64,000 bases of DNA from Macrostomum hystrix (taxonomy: Eukaryota > Animalia > Platyhelminthes): the NCBI GenBank assembly GCA_950097015.1, contig CATNEN010000025.1:8928001-8992000 (forward strand), in the 5' to 3' direction. Below are positions 1-11,514 of the stretch, piece after piece. A program made the translations under genes and the position numbers. The stretch's first letter is position 1; each line of letters begins with the position of its first letter. The notes under the pieces were generated by a model. The model was given only the letters and a program-made list of their open reading frames with translations. It searched no databases and was not told the DNA's origin.

Positions 1-33
1 TTTTGAATTCTGTTTCAGAACTGAAAGCTTAAC

Positions 34-3000
34 ATGACTACAAAGCTGAGCTCATTAATCGTTATTTCTCTGCTGCTGATCCGTAAGTGAAGTGGCTTGT
101 TCGTTGAGGTTACATAATGATATTGATTATTAATTATATTCGCTGATTACACTTGCCCGTTGGAGCTACATGTGCAACACAGCACAGCCGTAGCTATTGC
201 GCGGCTCATCTGAAGGCAGCATGCAGCTGTTCAGTCCATGGACCGGGGGCCACACCTACCCTCAATTACCAGCTAGTACCCGTTTAACAGCTGGGTGAAC
301 TGAAGCAATGCTGAGTGAGTTGTCCTGCTAGTGGACACGAATTGTTCCAGCGAAGTCGGAATCGAACCCCCGACCTTCAAGTCGATTAGTTTGAGAAAAC
401 CACTAGGCTACAAACCCTGATTTCATATAATTTTATTTAAAATGAGTTCTGCTAAAATCTGTGCTACTAATTATTTATTAAACATTTTCAGCTACTGCCA
501 GGTCTGATGATTGGCACTGCGTGCACGGCGCAACCCACGAAGCGGAAGCCAAAATTGGAGACATAAACGCGATTAGGGTGAGTAGTATGTTGCAAACGGC
601 CTTTATCGACCAGAAGATAAGAAATCCTTAGAATAAAAGATTCCTATGTACTGAGTACGTAAGCGATGCCTTAAGAATAGCCAAGTAAAGCGAGTTTTAT
701 TAGCACCCAGTTGGGTCAGATTTGCAGCCAATGACAATGGACAGCGCTTCCAAAGGCTGTGTGCCTGTACGTGGACTGAGGAGGCCGCGACTCCCCTCAA
801 AAGTTTTTATCCGAGCTAATGCTGGCACTAGTTATATAGATGGCTAAATGTGAAGAAAATGCTTTTTAAACGACTTGCTCAACCTCCAAGACACATTTAG
901 CTTCTATTCGTGCGGTTCTATCCAGTCAGCTGCAAGGAGCCAGGATAAAATAAAGCTGCGTCTGCTGTTTCAGGTGATGACGTATGTCCGAATTGATCCG
1001 GGCTATAGCAAGAACCTGGAGTGCACGTGGACTCTGAAGGCGATCAACTATGACCAGCCCAGACAGATGTACATTGACGTGCCCGTGGTAGACTTTGACA
1101 ACAATATTGACCCGTTTTGCAACAAAACCGACGTGTTCAGCTTCTGGCATAAGTACAACGAGAGTGAGTGGCTTGGCTTAAGACAAAAGTTTCCTCTAAG
1201 TTTCCTCTCAACCCTCGACAATTCAACACTCCTATCAAGGAGAAATCATTTATAGTAATAATTCAACTAAAACTACGAGTCACAGTAATTTCGTCGGCTT
1301 TCGATGCAAATTAAAACTCTAACGTGGAAGTACAAGCAGGCAATGTGTGGCTTTTTATTAAGGAAAATGTGGTGCTTTCGTTTTGGCTTTACGAGTGTAA
1401 TTTCGTTACTCTATAAATATTGCGAACATCTCTGTTTAATTCTTATTGAGTATTCACAACAGCTGCTATCAGCCGACTGCACACATTTCAGCTGATTCGC
1501 GGCAGGAGTCCTGGTGCAGTGAATCGTCCGTGTCACGCAGTTTCCAATTCTTGCCGTTCAGAAGGCAAATAATCAACTTGTGGGACTCGTGAGTAGCACT
1601 GCAGCTTCTTACTGAGCTCTCTTATGAGAATGCGAGTTGAGACCCTGCTGCCTCACTTACCACTTCACTCTGCAGGTCGTACTACCTGACTGCGCAATTC
1701 CGGTCTGACAATGAGCAAGTCCGCTCCGATGCCAAGGGATTGCAGTTGGATGTGCAGGTGCTGGACCCAGATTATTGCCACCTGAAAATGATGGATCTCG
1801 ATAACTACTGCTACCTGGTCACTCCTGAGAATGTGTCGCTAGCTCAATCCAATCAGGTTGGAAAACTCTTCCTCGGCAACATTTTCACTGTCCGAGGCGC
1901 CTCTTCTGGCCGGGATATCTTAGACTTTCTGCGCAGATTCTCTGAGAGAAGTACGCATTTCTTTTTTGAATTTCTGATGAGGATATTTTTGCTCAATTGT
2001 GCTCAATCTTGTCACCTCTTTGCGCTTCCCTCAGACAAAGCCAGGAAAGACGAGTATCCATACGAGTCGCCACTGGCCCTGACTAATCTCAGACTGTGGA
2101 CCGGCTACTTTGTGAACGAATCCTCCTTCAGCGAGGAGGACCCGGTCATGTTTTACTCAGATCCGATAGACGACTGCATTGTCAAGCAAGTGAAAGTGTG
2201 AGTGCTGCTTCTCTATCCCGAGTCTAGTCTAAAGGATATTGTAAATATCATATGGTTTAGAATGTCAATTATTCGATTTCAGGACTCGTGAGATTTTGAC
2301 CGGCTGTAATAAAAACCCAGCGCCTGTAGCCCTTAATTGGCTTAGCAACGGCAGCGTGCATTTTTGCTGTGTGCCAGGCAACGATTCGATGCCAGCTCTG
2401 ATCCAGTTCAGCCAGATTCCTAAAACCAAGGGCGACCTGCACCCGCAGCTGTTCCGCACCTGCGACATCGCGCCGCCAACAACGACAACTACAGCGCCGC
2501 CAACAACGACTACGACTCCGGAACCAACGACAACTACAGCGCCGCCAACAACGACTACGACTCCGGAACCAACGACAACTACAGCGCCGCCAACAGCGAC
2601 CACGACTCCGGAACCAACGACAACTACAGCGCCGCCAACAACGACTACGACTCCGGAACCAACGACAACTACAGCGCCGCCAACAACGACTACGACTCCG
2701 GAACCAACGACAACTACAGCGCCGCCAACAACGACTACGACTCCGGAACCAACGACAACTACAGCGCCGCCAACAACGACTACGACTCCGGAACCAACGA
2801 CAACTACAGCGCCGCCAACAACGACTACGACTCCGGAACCAACGACAACTACAGCGCCGCCAACAACGACTACGACTCCGGAACCAACGACAACTACAGC
2901 GCCGCCAACAACGACTACGACTCCGGAACCAACGACAACTACAGCGCCGCCAACAACGACTACGACTCCGGAACCAACGACAACTACAGCGCCGCCAACA

Positions 3001-3891
3001 ACGACTACGACTCCGGAACCAACGACAACTACAGCGCCGCCAACAACGACTACGACTCCGGAACCAACGACAACTACAGCGCCGCCAACAACGACTACGA
3101 CTCCGGAACCAACGACAACTACAGCGCCGCCAACAACGACTACGACTCCGGAACCAACGACAACTACAGCGCCGCCAACAACGACTACGACTCCGGAACC
3201 AACGACAACTACAGCGCCGCCAACAACGACTACGACTCCGGAACCAACGACAACTACAGCGCCGCCAACAACGACTACGACTCCGGAACCAACGACAACT
3301 ACAGCGCCGCCAACAACGACTACGACTCCGGAACCAACGACAACTACAGCGCCGCCAACAACGACTACGACTCCGGAACCAACGACAACTACAGCGCCGC
3401 CAACAACGACTACGACTCCGGAACCAACGACAACTACAGCGCCGCCAACAACGACTACGACTCCGGAACCAACGACAACTACAGCGCCGCCAACAACGAC
3501 TACGACTCCGGAACCAACGACAACTACAGCGCCGCCAACAACGACTACGACTCCGGAACCAACGACAACTACAGCGCCGCCAACAACGACTACGACTCCG
3601 GAACCAACGACAACTACAGCGCCGCCAACAACGACTACGACTCCGGAACCAACGAAAACTACAGCGCCGCAAACAACGACTACGACTCCGGAACCAACGA
3701 CAACTACAGCGCCGCCAACAACGACTACGACTCCGGAACCAACGACAACTACAGCGCCGCCAACAACGACTACGACTCCGGAACCAACGACAACTACAGC
3801 GCCGCCACCAATCAGAGCAGTGCCGTCAGCGGCAATACTATCATTATTATTGATTTTGTTGTTGCCCTTGTTATCATCGTGGCTATTGTGA
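34..3891 (+). CDS. Spliced gene, copy 1: signal peptide + CUB domain + divergent C-type-lectin-like domain + Thr/Pro mucin stalk + probable GPI-anchor signal
   Basis: Hand-assembled phase-compatible GT-AG exons: 34-82 (MTTKLSSLIVISLLLI), 492-577, 974-1163 (GYSKNLECTWTL, CUB N-half), 1492-1588, 1676-1950 (YLTAQFRSDN..KGLQLDV CUB end; CHLK..NYCYLV lectin-like start), 2035-2197 (LWTGY), 2283-3891 (45-bp repeat, then hydrophobic tail AAILSLLLILLLPLLSSWLL-stop). An extra exon at 704-766 is possible but uncertain. Confidence 0.8.
140..420 (-). mobile_element. tRNA-derived SINE with CORE-like central domain (family 1); duplicated at about 24087-24367
   Basis: Minus strand: A box TAGCCTAGTGG, B box GTTCGATTCC, then GCATTGCTTCAGTTCACCCAGCTGTTAAA and an AT-rich tail; lies in intron 1 of the CUB gene. 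Confidence 0.75.
2470..3807 (+). repeat. Coding 45-bp tandem repeat (PPTTTTTPEPTTTTA)n, mucin stalk, copy 1
   Basis: Unit CCGCCAACAACGACTACGACTCCGGAACCAACGACAACTACAGCG, about 30 near-identical copies, in frame with the terminal exon. Confidence 0.95.
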
Positions 3892-4017
3892 TCGGTGTCG
3901 TTGTCTACTTTAGTCGTCAAAGAGGACAGCAGCCGCCATCAACTAATGGGGACTAGCCGCCACTGCGGGGTAATCAGAAGGAGAAAAAGGCCAGAAGCCG
4001 CTACTGGGGACGAACAC

Positions 4018-4456
4018 TCGGGATTTCAAAAGCGATAGAAACGCTGTGGCTAAGAGTGTCGGCTTGACTGTGGACAATGTCGAAGGCACTTTCTGAAGTC
4101 TGTTTGGTGGGCGCTTTTACTCATAATTTTGCATTGGCTAACAGCGTTGCTTAATTTTGTTTTGTTTATAAAGACAGAAATGTTTTTACGATCGCTTTTT
4201 TCCGGTCTGCGAAGGAAGGAAAACCGGAATTGTCATTTTTCTGTTTTCATTTGAAATCTAAAATAATCTGTAATGCATGCTGAAGAAGCAGAAGTGCCCC
4301 ATTGTCAGTCGACCTTTCGAACCCCCGCGCGTGCGCGTATCTAGCTTGTAATTGCGATCCCCGCGACCCAGTTCCTGTATTCCCATGTTTTACTTCTCTG
4401 TTTAGTAGTAATTGGTGATGGAGCTAATGATATATTGATAAGGTTCCGCAATTAAA
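4018..4456. repeat. Dispersed repeat fragment (also 19884-20406 and about 27995-28433)
   Basis: CGGGATTTC.AAAGCGATAGAAACGCTGTGG...AAGGTTCC.CAATTAA present three times; the 19.9-kb copy has an (AACAATTAATT)n expansion. Confidence 0.8.
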
Positions 4457-4829
4457 TTTATATTTCCCGAACATAGAATCCTTTTCCCCGGATTCCTATG
4501 ATTCGAAATCCCCCATCCCCGGATCATTAATTGGTTAACTTGACTTGCTACATATCGAATTAAAGTAAGGATGCGAGAGGAAGCAGTCTATCTATTTGTG
4601 TGGTTATTATTATCATTAGTTAGAGGTTAGGATATAATTCTCCATCCTCAATACCGTTTTCTGATTGTTAGTTGTTAGATTGTTTCGTAATTGATTGTAG
4701 TAATTTGTCTGCAGCAATATATTTGAAGCAATACCTGTCTTTAATTTCACTATTCTAATTATACGTTCCTTAAATATTTGGGCTTAAGTTATTATTGTAG
4801 TGTCTGTTATTAATGCTTCTGATGACAGC

Positions 4830-5161
4830 TGTTGTATCTTAAATAACTGACGCAACGGAGATTCAGATTTGTTAGACTTAGAGTAATAAGGAAAACACGC
4901 CGATAGGCGGCACTCGGCAGGCAGACGAATAGGAGTGTGTATTTGATATATTATAGCAATAGCCGTACGATATACGCATGAGTGCAGAGGTCGGGGCTTT
5001 TATTTATAGGCCCAAAGGCGTGTGGAGAGAGCATTCTAGAAAGTTACTAAAAATAGACTACACGGGAAAGTTCTGGAACCAGTGATGGACTTAACGCCTT
5101 ACGACAAAGAATAGAAATTTCTGGAAAGTTCCCGGGAATTACAGCAACAATAGTCTCAACA
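4830..5161 (-). mobile_element. Putative solo LTR (duplicated at about 28807-29138)
   Basis: TGTTG...CAACA termini, 332 bp, TATAAATAAAAG on the minus strand; no convincing 5-bp TSD. Confidence 0.4.
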
Positions 5162-5559
5162 GCTGCAGCGACCCTTTTGACCCTTTCGGCCAATCGGCAA
5201 TTTATTGGCCGATTTATAATATTTGTGAAGTTAAAATAGGAGGCCGCATCAAGAAAAAGATGTAGCTAGTTTAACCTGTCCTCAGGTGACGGCAATTCTT
5301 TCGGACTGTTCTAGACCTAGTGCCACGGCCATAGTATTCGCTATACCATTATCTTAGTTCCTTTCGGCTTAGGCTCTATAGGTTCTTTAGGTTCTCAGTG
5401 CAGCTTTTTCGAAACAGTTGCAACTAGTTAGCTGATTTAAAAGTAATTAAGCTAGTCATTTTGATCAAATCAAAATGCAAAAGTACTGAGAACACGTCTA
5501 GTCCTTTATAAAGCTGAGCTGCGGAGCATGCTCCATTTTATCTAAGATTGCAATCTCTG

Positions 5560-5880
5560 CTTGAACAAACACATGGGCAACGTTGCGAACACGTTGTCGG
5601 GCCATTGTCATGTTCCTGTGCCGCATCGCCAAGATCACCAAACTGAGCAGCGTCACTCTCAGGATGCTGTACAGGGCCTACGGTGAGAGTGCTCTCACCT
5701 ACGGCGCCCCAATCTTGACTCTGATCTGCGTCACCAACCAGATCAAGCTGCAAAAGATCTAAACCCTTGCTCTGCGCATCTGCTATGGTGTGCCTTCTTA
5801 CCTGAGCACCGAATACCTTCACAAACTGGCCGACATGCCAATGCTCTCAGCCAGAGAAAGCAGCTCGGTGTGGCCTGCAT
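5560..5880 (+). mobile_element. Degraded non-LTR retrotransposon fragment (post-RT region, I/Jockey-like)
   Basis: LRMLYRAYGESALTYGAPIL..KLQKI*TLALRICYGVPSYLSTEYLHKLADMP matches the typical LY...L.YG.P.W...LQ..QN.ALR...G.P...LH pattern; in-frame stop. Confidence 0.65.
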
Positions 5881-6002
5881 GCATGCCTTTTTATTTCAAT
5901 TTTTATTTCAATATTTCAATTTTTATTAGATCCCTTCTTTGTGCGGGATTTCCCCTGTATATTTCTGCCTATTTTATCTCCCAATGCGTGCCTAAATATA
6001 GC

Positions 6003-6367
6003 CTTGCAAATATTGAATATTTTTTTGTTTCATTAAGGCTCAATATTCGCATAAAATAAGCCAAATCAAATCGAGTGTATATATATTATGAATTTCGATT
6101 AAATCCAATAATAGTCTGCGGCAGAGTTTTTCGAAACTGATCAGCAGCCCCAGTCAAATAGGGAATTCGTTTTAACAACAACCTATTATACCCTTGCCTC
6201 AACCATAACCCTAAACCTAAACCTAACCCTAAACCAAACCGTAACCCTAAACCTAACCTTAATGTTGTGACTGATTGTGTGAGTACACTTGCCCTGTGAG
6301 TAAACCTAGCGTGAGTCACTTTATACACAAAATACAAGATACTAAATTGTGTATTTAGTATCTCCGT
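6003..6367. mobile_element. Non-autonomous dispersed element with telomere-like microsatellite and terminal hairpin (second copy about 19607-19883); possibly Helentron/HINE-like
   Basis: Two homologous copies; degenerate (TAACCC/TAAACC)n at 6200-6260; perfect 11-bp stem AGATACTAAAT-tgtgt-ATTTAGTATCT at 6337-6363. Confidence 0.5.
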
Positions 6368-6639
6368 AATTAACCCGTCCAGTTTAACTAATCTTTAGCG
6401 GTATTCTTTAATTATTTGCGCGAATTCACTGAACAAGTTTCCAAGAAATTCGACTACTGCTTAATTCGACTTCTTTTTCTATTCCGGTATCACGCCGTAT
6501 GCTACTATGGACTATGCTACTGTAAATATTTACTGCTTTGCCTTTATCACTTATTAGACTGACGTAATATTTTATTCCTATGTTACAGTTCTTTTCATTA
6601 TGACGTATTTAAATGATGTGCTCTGTGGCTGCTATCTGC

Positions 6640-6950
6640 AATTAATAATTAATAATTGATTACACCTGCCCCAATTGGGTCAGATGTGCAGCCGACAGCA
6701 CAGCCGCAGCTAATGCGCGGCGCATCTGAAGGCTGCGTACAGCTGTTCAGTCCATGGACTGGGGGGACGCCACACCCACCTTCAATTATCCCAGCTGATG
6801 CTGGTACCCATTTAACAGCTGGGTGAACTGAAGCAATGCAGAGTTAAGTGTCTTGCTAAAGGACACAAATTGTTTCAGGGGAGTCGGGAATCGAACCCCC
6901 GACCTTCAAGTCGTGAGTCCGACGCCCTAACCACTAGGCTACAACCTCTG
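6640..6950 (-). mobile_element. tRNA-derived CORE-like SINE (family 1), better-preserved copy
   Basis: Minus strand GTAGCCTAGTGGTTAGGGCG...GGTTCGATTCCCG...GTGTCCTTTAGCAAGACACTTAACTCTGCATTGCTTCAGTTCACCCAGCTGTTAAATGGGTACC; homologous to 140-420. Confidence 0.8.
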
Positions 6951-7400
6951 TTCAATCTGCAATTAAAATAGGCCTACTTTGTCTATAGTCGGCTAGCTAG
7001 CTAACGATTAAATGCTGAACAGCGAATTATATAACTATTTGACAAGCTCCTATGATTTGGCATTGCAAGCATATATGGAGCTATGCAGTAAATAAAAAAC
7101 AGGCTAGACCTATTTCAGTTCTTATTGATTGAACAAAACTTAAGAGTGATTTAGCAAGTTTAGCTTAATGATTGCATCTGAAATAAAAAGCAGTTAGCTA
7201 GGCCAATAAACCATAATGCCGCAACCACAAGCATATTCACTGGCCACTATAGATGGTATTTTTGTGTCATTGGGCTCTTTCTATATTATTATGTCATACT
7301 CAGTTTTAACTTCATAAATTAAATTAGGCTATCATATTTATTACTTTTGTCCACAGATTTAGTACTGCTTCATAGACTAGCTAGGCCTATATTAATTATT

Positions 7401-7995
7401 GGCAATAGTGCACTTTTGTTAGCAAAATTATATTTTTTTAAATTGAAATTTTAAAACCAGAAAACAATAACAACATAAATTGTGTCTTAAACAATTATAA
7501 CAATTGTGGCAGAGCACAGTCTCTCTTTTTAGCTCCCTGGTTGCCGAACTTGCCAACTCGTCATTGTGTTCTAGTGGCAGATACAGAGCTTGTCACTGGG
7601 CACTGTAGTAGTGGCAAATCCAGAAAAGCATGTTTCCTAAAGCCCTGTTTGCTCTGAACAGTCGGCGCCACATAAACTTGTGGATGTGGCCCTCAAAGAG
7701 GGCATCGCTTGTTCCATGCATGGCCCTGAATTTGGCCTTGCAATGCGGCCTTAATTTGGCCTTACATTCCCTCGATTGTGTTGGTGAGTGTTGCTTAAAC
7801 TTATGAGTTTATGTGGCACAAACAGCGACTAGTGTTACATTCCGTGGCTTGGTGACAAGTTCTGTGACCAGTGAGCTCTGGCACAGTTGCTAGAATCGTT
7901 TAAAACATCAATTTTTATCATTGTTATTGTTTTCTGGTTTTAAACTTTCAAATTTAAACGAAATATAATTTTGCAAACAAAAGTGCACTATTGCC
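7401..7995. mobile_element. MITE with long TIRs and 8-bp TSD (Merlin-like termini)
   Basis: TIR GGCAATAGTGCACTTTTGTT.GCAAAATTATATTT... (>70 bp, imperfect) at both ends; TSD TAATTATT at 7393-7400 and 7996-8003. Confidence 0.85.
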
Positions 7996-8017
7996 TAATT
8001 ATTTCTCTTTGTGCTAT

Positions 8018-9279
8018 CAGTGCTAGGCACTTCCGGTACTTTGTTACTTAGGAATTTACATTTTTCTTAAAGTGTTACTTTTTTAGTTACTTTTTTCAAC
8101 TGCTTTGAACAGTACTGGGTAATGGAGTAGCCACTGGGTCACTATTGGGTAATGGAGTAGCAATAACAGAGGCTTTTCTCTGTAGTCTGGTCCTCGGGTC
8201 CTCTTTTAATAGCCAAAAGCCATTAGAAACTGCTACAACACTGCTCTCCTAGCTAGTGCTGCAGTTGAGTGTGCATTCTCTGTAGCCAAGGATGTCCTAT
8301 GTGGTAAACATGTGTCCTGAGCAATAGCATGCTCACAATGCTCACAAGGAATTCATTTATGCAGAATTCATTTATGCAGAATTCATTTATGCAAAATTCA
8401 TTTATGCAGAATTTATGCAGATATAATTAAAAAATATTTTTTTAAATAAAGTATTTTTACAGCAAATAAAAAAATTGTTAGAAATTTACAATTAATTTTA
8501 CTTTTTACTTCTTAAACACAATTTAACTTCCCTATTTACAATCCCAGCTTCATTACATTCCAGTCTAACTCTTGCCCATTGTCAGTTGCCCATTGTTGTT
8601 CATTGTCATGTCACGACTCATGTCAATTCTCTTCCTCTACATCACTCTTCAACTCTTTTCAGTTGTCCATTTTCTAGTTTTCTCCGTCCTTCTATCCCTT
8701 CTCTCCATCCCTCTCCTTTCTCCTCTCCTTTCTCCATTCATCTCATTCATTCTTCTCACACCAAAAATTGAAAATGGAAAAGTTCCCAAAGGTTGCAAAC
8801 CTGTTTGTTTATGTTTTTGCATGTTTACTGTTTATGCATCAGTGGTCACACTGGCTATCAATCTATCATATCATAATGCATATTCTAATATTCTATTCAT
8901 TCATATTCACATATTGTATTGAAATTGACAATAAAATAGCAACTGACATCCTATGCCGAGAATAATTTTTATAAGCTTATAATATTTCAACTAACCTGTC
9001 CTGTCTAACTGCTAGGCTGCAACTTTCACACCTAGCTTTTAGAAAATATTCGCTATTTGGTCCTGGCAAATTTTAAGTAATTTAAATAAATTGTTTTTAA
9101 ATAATTTAAAATCTGAAAATCCAAAAATCTGAAAAAATGACATTAGTAACAAAGTAACAGACTAAGTAACGGAAGTTACCTAAAAATCCAAAAGTACCAG
9201 TTACAAGTAACTAATGAAAAATCATTTTTGGAGAATTTTTAAACAAAAAGTACCCTAAAAGTAACATTGCCCAGCACTG
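8018..9279. mobile_element. Non-autonomous hAT-like DNA transposon
   Basis: Termini CAGTGCTAGGCA / TGCCCAGCACTG, subterminal GTTACTT/AAGTAAC motifs, near-perfect 8-bp TSD TGTGCTAT / TATGCTAT; only the right end survives in copy 2 (29595-29629). Confidence 0.7.
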
Positions 9280-9459
9280 TATGCTATATTTATGCCAGTT
9301 AGGCTTCTCCCTTTCCACTTTAGGGTAGCATTCATTAACAGTAGGCAATGTTATACATTGTTTTGCTCAATTATTTTTTAACCTGATTCGAACTCATGTG
9401 ACCACATTAGTGTGTAGTATGATGTGGCAAGGGTCACACACATATGCTGATATAGCTTT

Positions 9460-11514
9460 TGCGCCTTTGCGACCGCCCTGGGATCAGCGCAGGCGCCGGA
9501 CTACAGCAGAATCAGCTCAGCCATCGCCACTGCCGCTGCCAAGACTCTGCCGCTTATGGAACCCGCGTCACGGCAACTTCCAGTTTGGGCGAGCGACCCG
9601 GAGGTCCGTGAGGCCCGCCGCACTGTCGAGCAGCTGCGGCGAGCCAGGCGACCGATATCCGATGCCGAGAAGGCCCTGGCAGACGCCTACGCAAGTCGAC
9701 AGAAAGCCGCTGTTGACGACGCGATCCGGGCTGTCACCTCTGTCGGGCCTGAACGGCAGAGCAGGGTCGTCTGGCCGGTCGTGAACGCCCTCACCGGTCG
9801 AAAAAAAAAGAAGGCGGCGCTCAACCCGGCTGGCGACACTGCCGAGGAGCGCAGAAACGAGCTGCATACCTTCTTCGCCGCCGTCGACTCTGCCGAACGA
9901 GATGCCGCTGCCCCCCGAGGTGGCGCTACCGCGGCAGGAGGACTTCGACACCAGTCCAGTGACCAGCACGGACATCGTGGAGTTCGCCCGCAGGGCACCG
10001 CGCCCCCGGTCCGGATGAGGTCCCCGTCGAGGCGCTGCGGGTCACAAGGGTTGCCACCGAGGTGGCCCGCGTGATGAACGGCGTCCTGGCGGGAGGCCCT
10101 GCGCCCCGCGAGTGGACCCAGGCCACCATCGTCGGCATCCCGAAGAAGCCCGGCACTACGCGGAATGAGGAGCATCGCGGGATCTCGCTCATGTCCTGTG
10201 CCGCGAAGCTGTTCAACCGGGTGCTGTTAGCACGGTTACAGCCTGTGCTGGACTCGTTTCTGCGGTACGAGCAGAACGGGTTCCGGCACGGTGACTCAGA
10301 TCCTGGCCCTCCGCCGCATCATCGAGGAGGCGCGCATCCACCAGTCAAGCCTTGTCGTCATCTTTGTTGACTTTCTCAAGGCTTTCGACTCGGTGGCCCG
10401 CGGCGCGCTGCCTCACGTACTCCGTGCCTACAACATACCGCAGCAGCTGATCTCCGCCATCATCGCGCTGTATCAGGACACAACCGCTGTGTTAGCGACG
10501 CCAGACGGACCGTCGGACCAGTTCAGCACTACCTCCGGAGTGCTGCAGGGTGACACTCTGGCGCCCTTTCTCTTCGTGCTGGTGATGGACTGGGTGCTCA
10601 GGACCGGCCTGCCGACTGCAGAGGACGCTTTTCTGCTTCAAAGGCGCACTAGTCGACGGCACCCGAAGAAGAAGCTGTCTGTCCTCAGCTACGCGGACGA
10701 CCTGCCCCGCTGTCTACGACGGCCGAAGGCGCCCAACGGCTGCTGGATGGCCTGACTGCGGCGGCGGCGAGGGTCGGCCTCGCTATCAACGCCATGAACA
10801 CCGAGGTGCTGACGGTGCCGCATAACCTACCTGCCGAGATTCGACTACAAGACGGTGACGGCCCGGGACCGGGCTCCCGAAGTGCCGTCAGTTCGTCTAC
10901 CTCGGCGGACTGGTGCCTGACGTGGGCGACGACCTGGCGAGACGGTGCGGCAAGGCCTGGGCCGCCTTCCGTTCTGTGCGGGCGGTGCTGCTCTCCGAGG
11001 CCCTGTCGAACGGCGCCAGGTCCCAGCTGTTCCAGGCGGTTGTCGAGACCGCCCTGTTGTACAATGCTGAGACCTGGACGATGACCGGGGCGCTCGAGGC
11101 GCAGCTCGACGCGGCGCATGCGGCCCTAGTTCGCGCCGCTTTCGGTGCCCGACGCGGCCCTGGCAGCGAGACATCCGATTCCCTCTACCAGCGTGCGTGC
11201 CTAACTTGGCCTTCTGTCCTGCTGAGTCAGCGGCGCCTGTGTCAGGCCGGGCATGTCTTCCGGGCCGAAGCCTACTGCCCAGAGCCGCTGCAGGATGTCC
11301 TGCTGCGGACATCGCAGGGACCGCGCAGGCGCGGCCTGGGTCAATCAGCCCGCTATGTCGACCGTCTTTTTGAAGACGCCCGAGCACCCAGCCAGGCGGC
11401 CGGCGTGAAGTATGTCAGAGACGCGCGAAACTCTGAAACGCGCGATTTGACGCTCCCCCTCTTGGCCACTTTTGTGTTCGGCTTGGGCGTAACTATTATT
11501 ATTATTATTATTAT
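9460..11514 (+). mobile_element. 5'-truncated, frameshifted RTE/RTEX-like LINE, copy 1
   Basis: RT motifs HRGISLMSCAAKLFNRVL, FVDFLKAFDSV, GVLQGDTLAPFLF, SYADDL spread over several frames; (TAT)n tail at about 11492-11514; 9-bp TSD TATAGCTTT at 9451-9459 and 11515-11523; GC-rich. Confidence 0.9.

Noticed and set aside
704-766. Extra exon of the CUB gene
   Set aside because: Open and phase-compatible in both copies, but CUB cysteine spacing is better without it; left unresolved.
2265-3920. Long antisense ORFs (GGAVVVVGSG and RCWRRCSCRW repeats), also at 26197-27897
   Set aside because: By-products of a stop-free 45-bp repeat; only the plus-strand Thr/Pro frame joins upstream exons and a GPI-type tail.
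6200-6260. Telomere or interstitial telomeric repeat
   Set aside because: Short, degenerate and internal to a dispersed element.
6840-6950. tRNA-like sequences here and at 330-420, 45023 and 59147
   Set aside because: A and B boxes are present but there is no full cloverleaf, and each continues into a shared SINE body.
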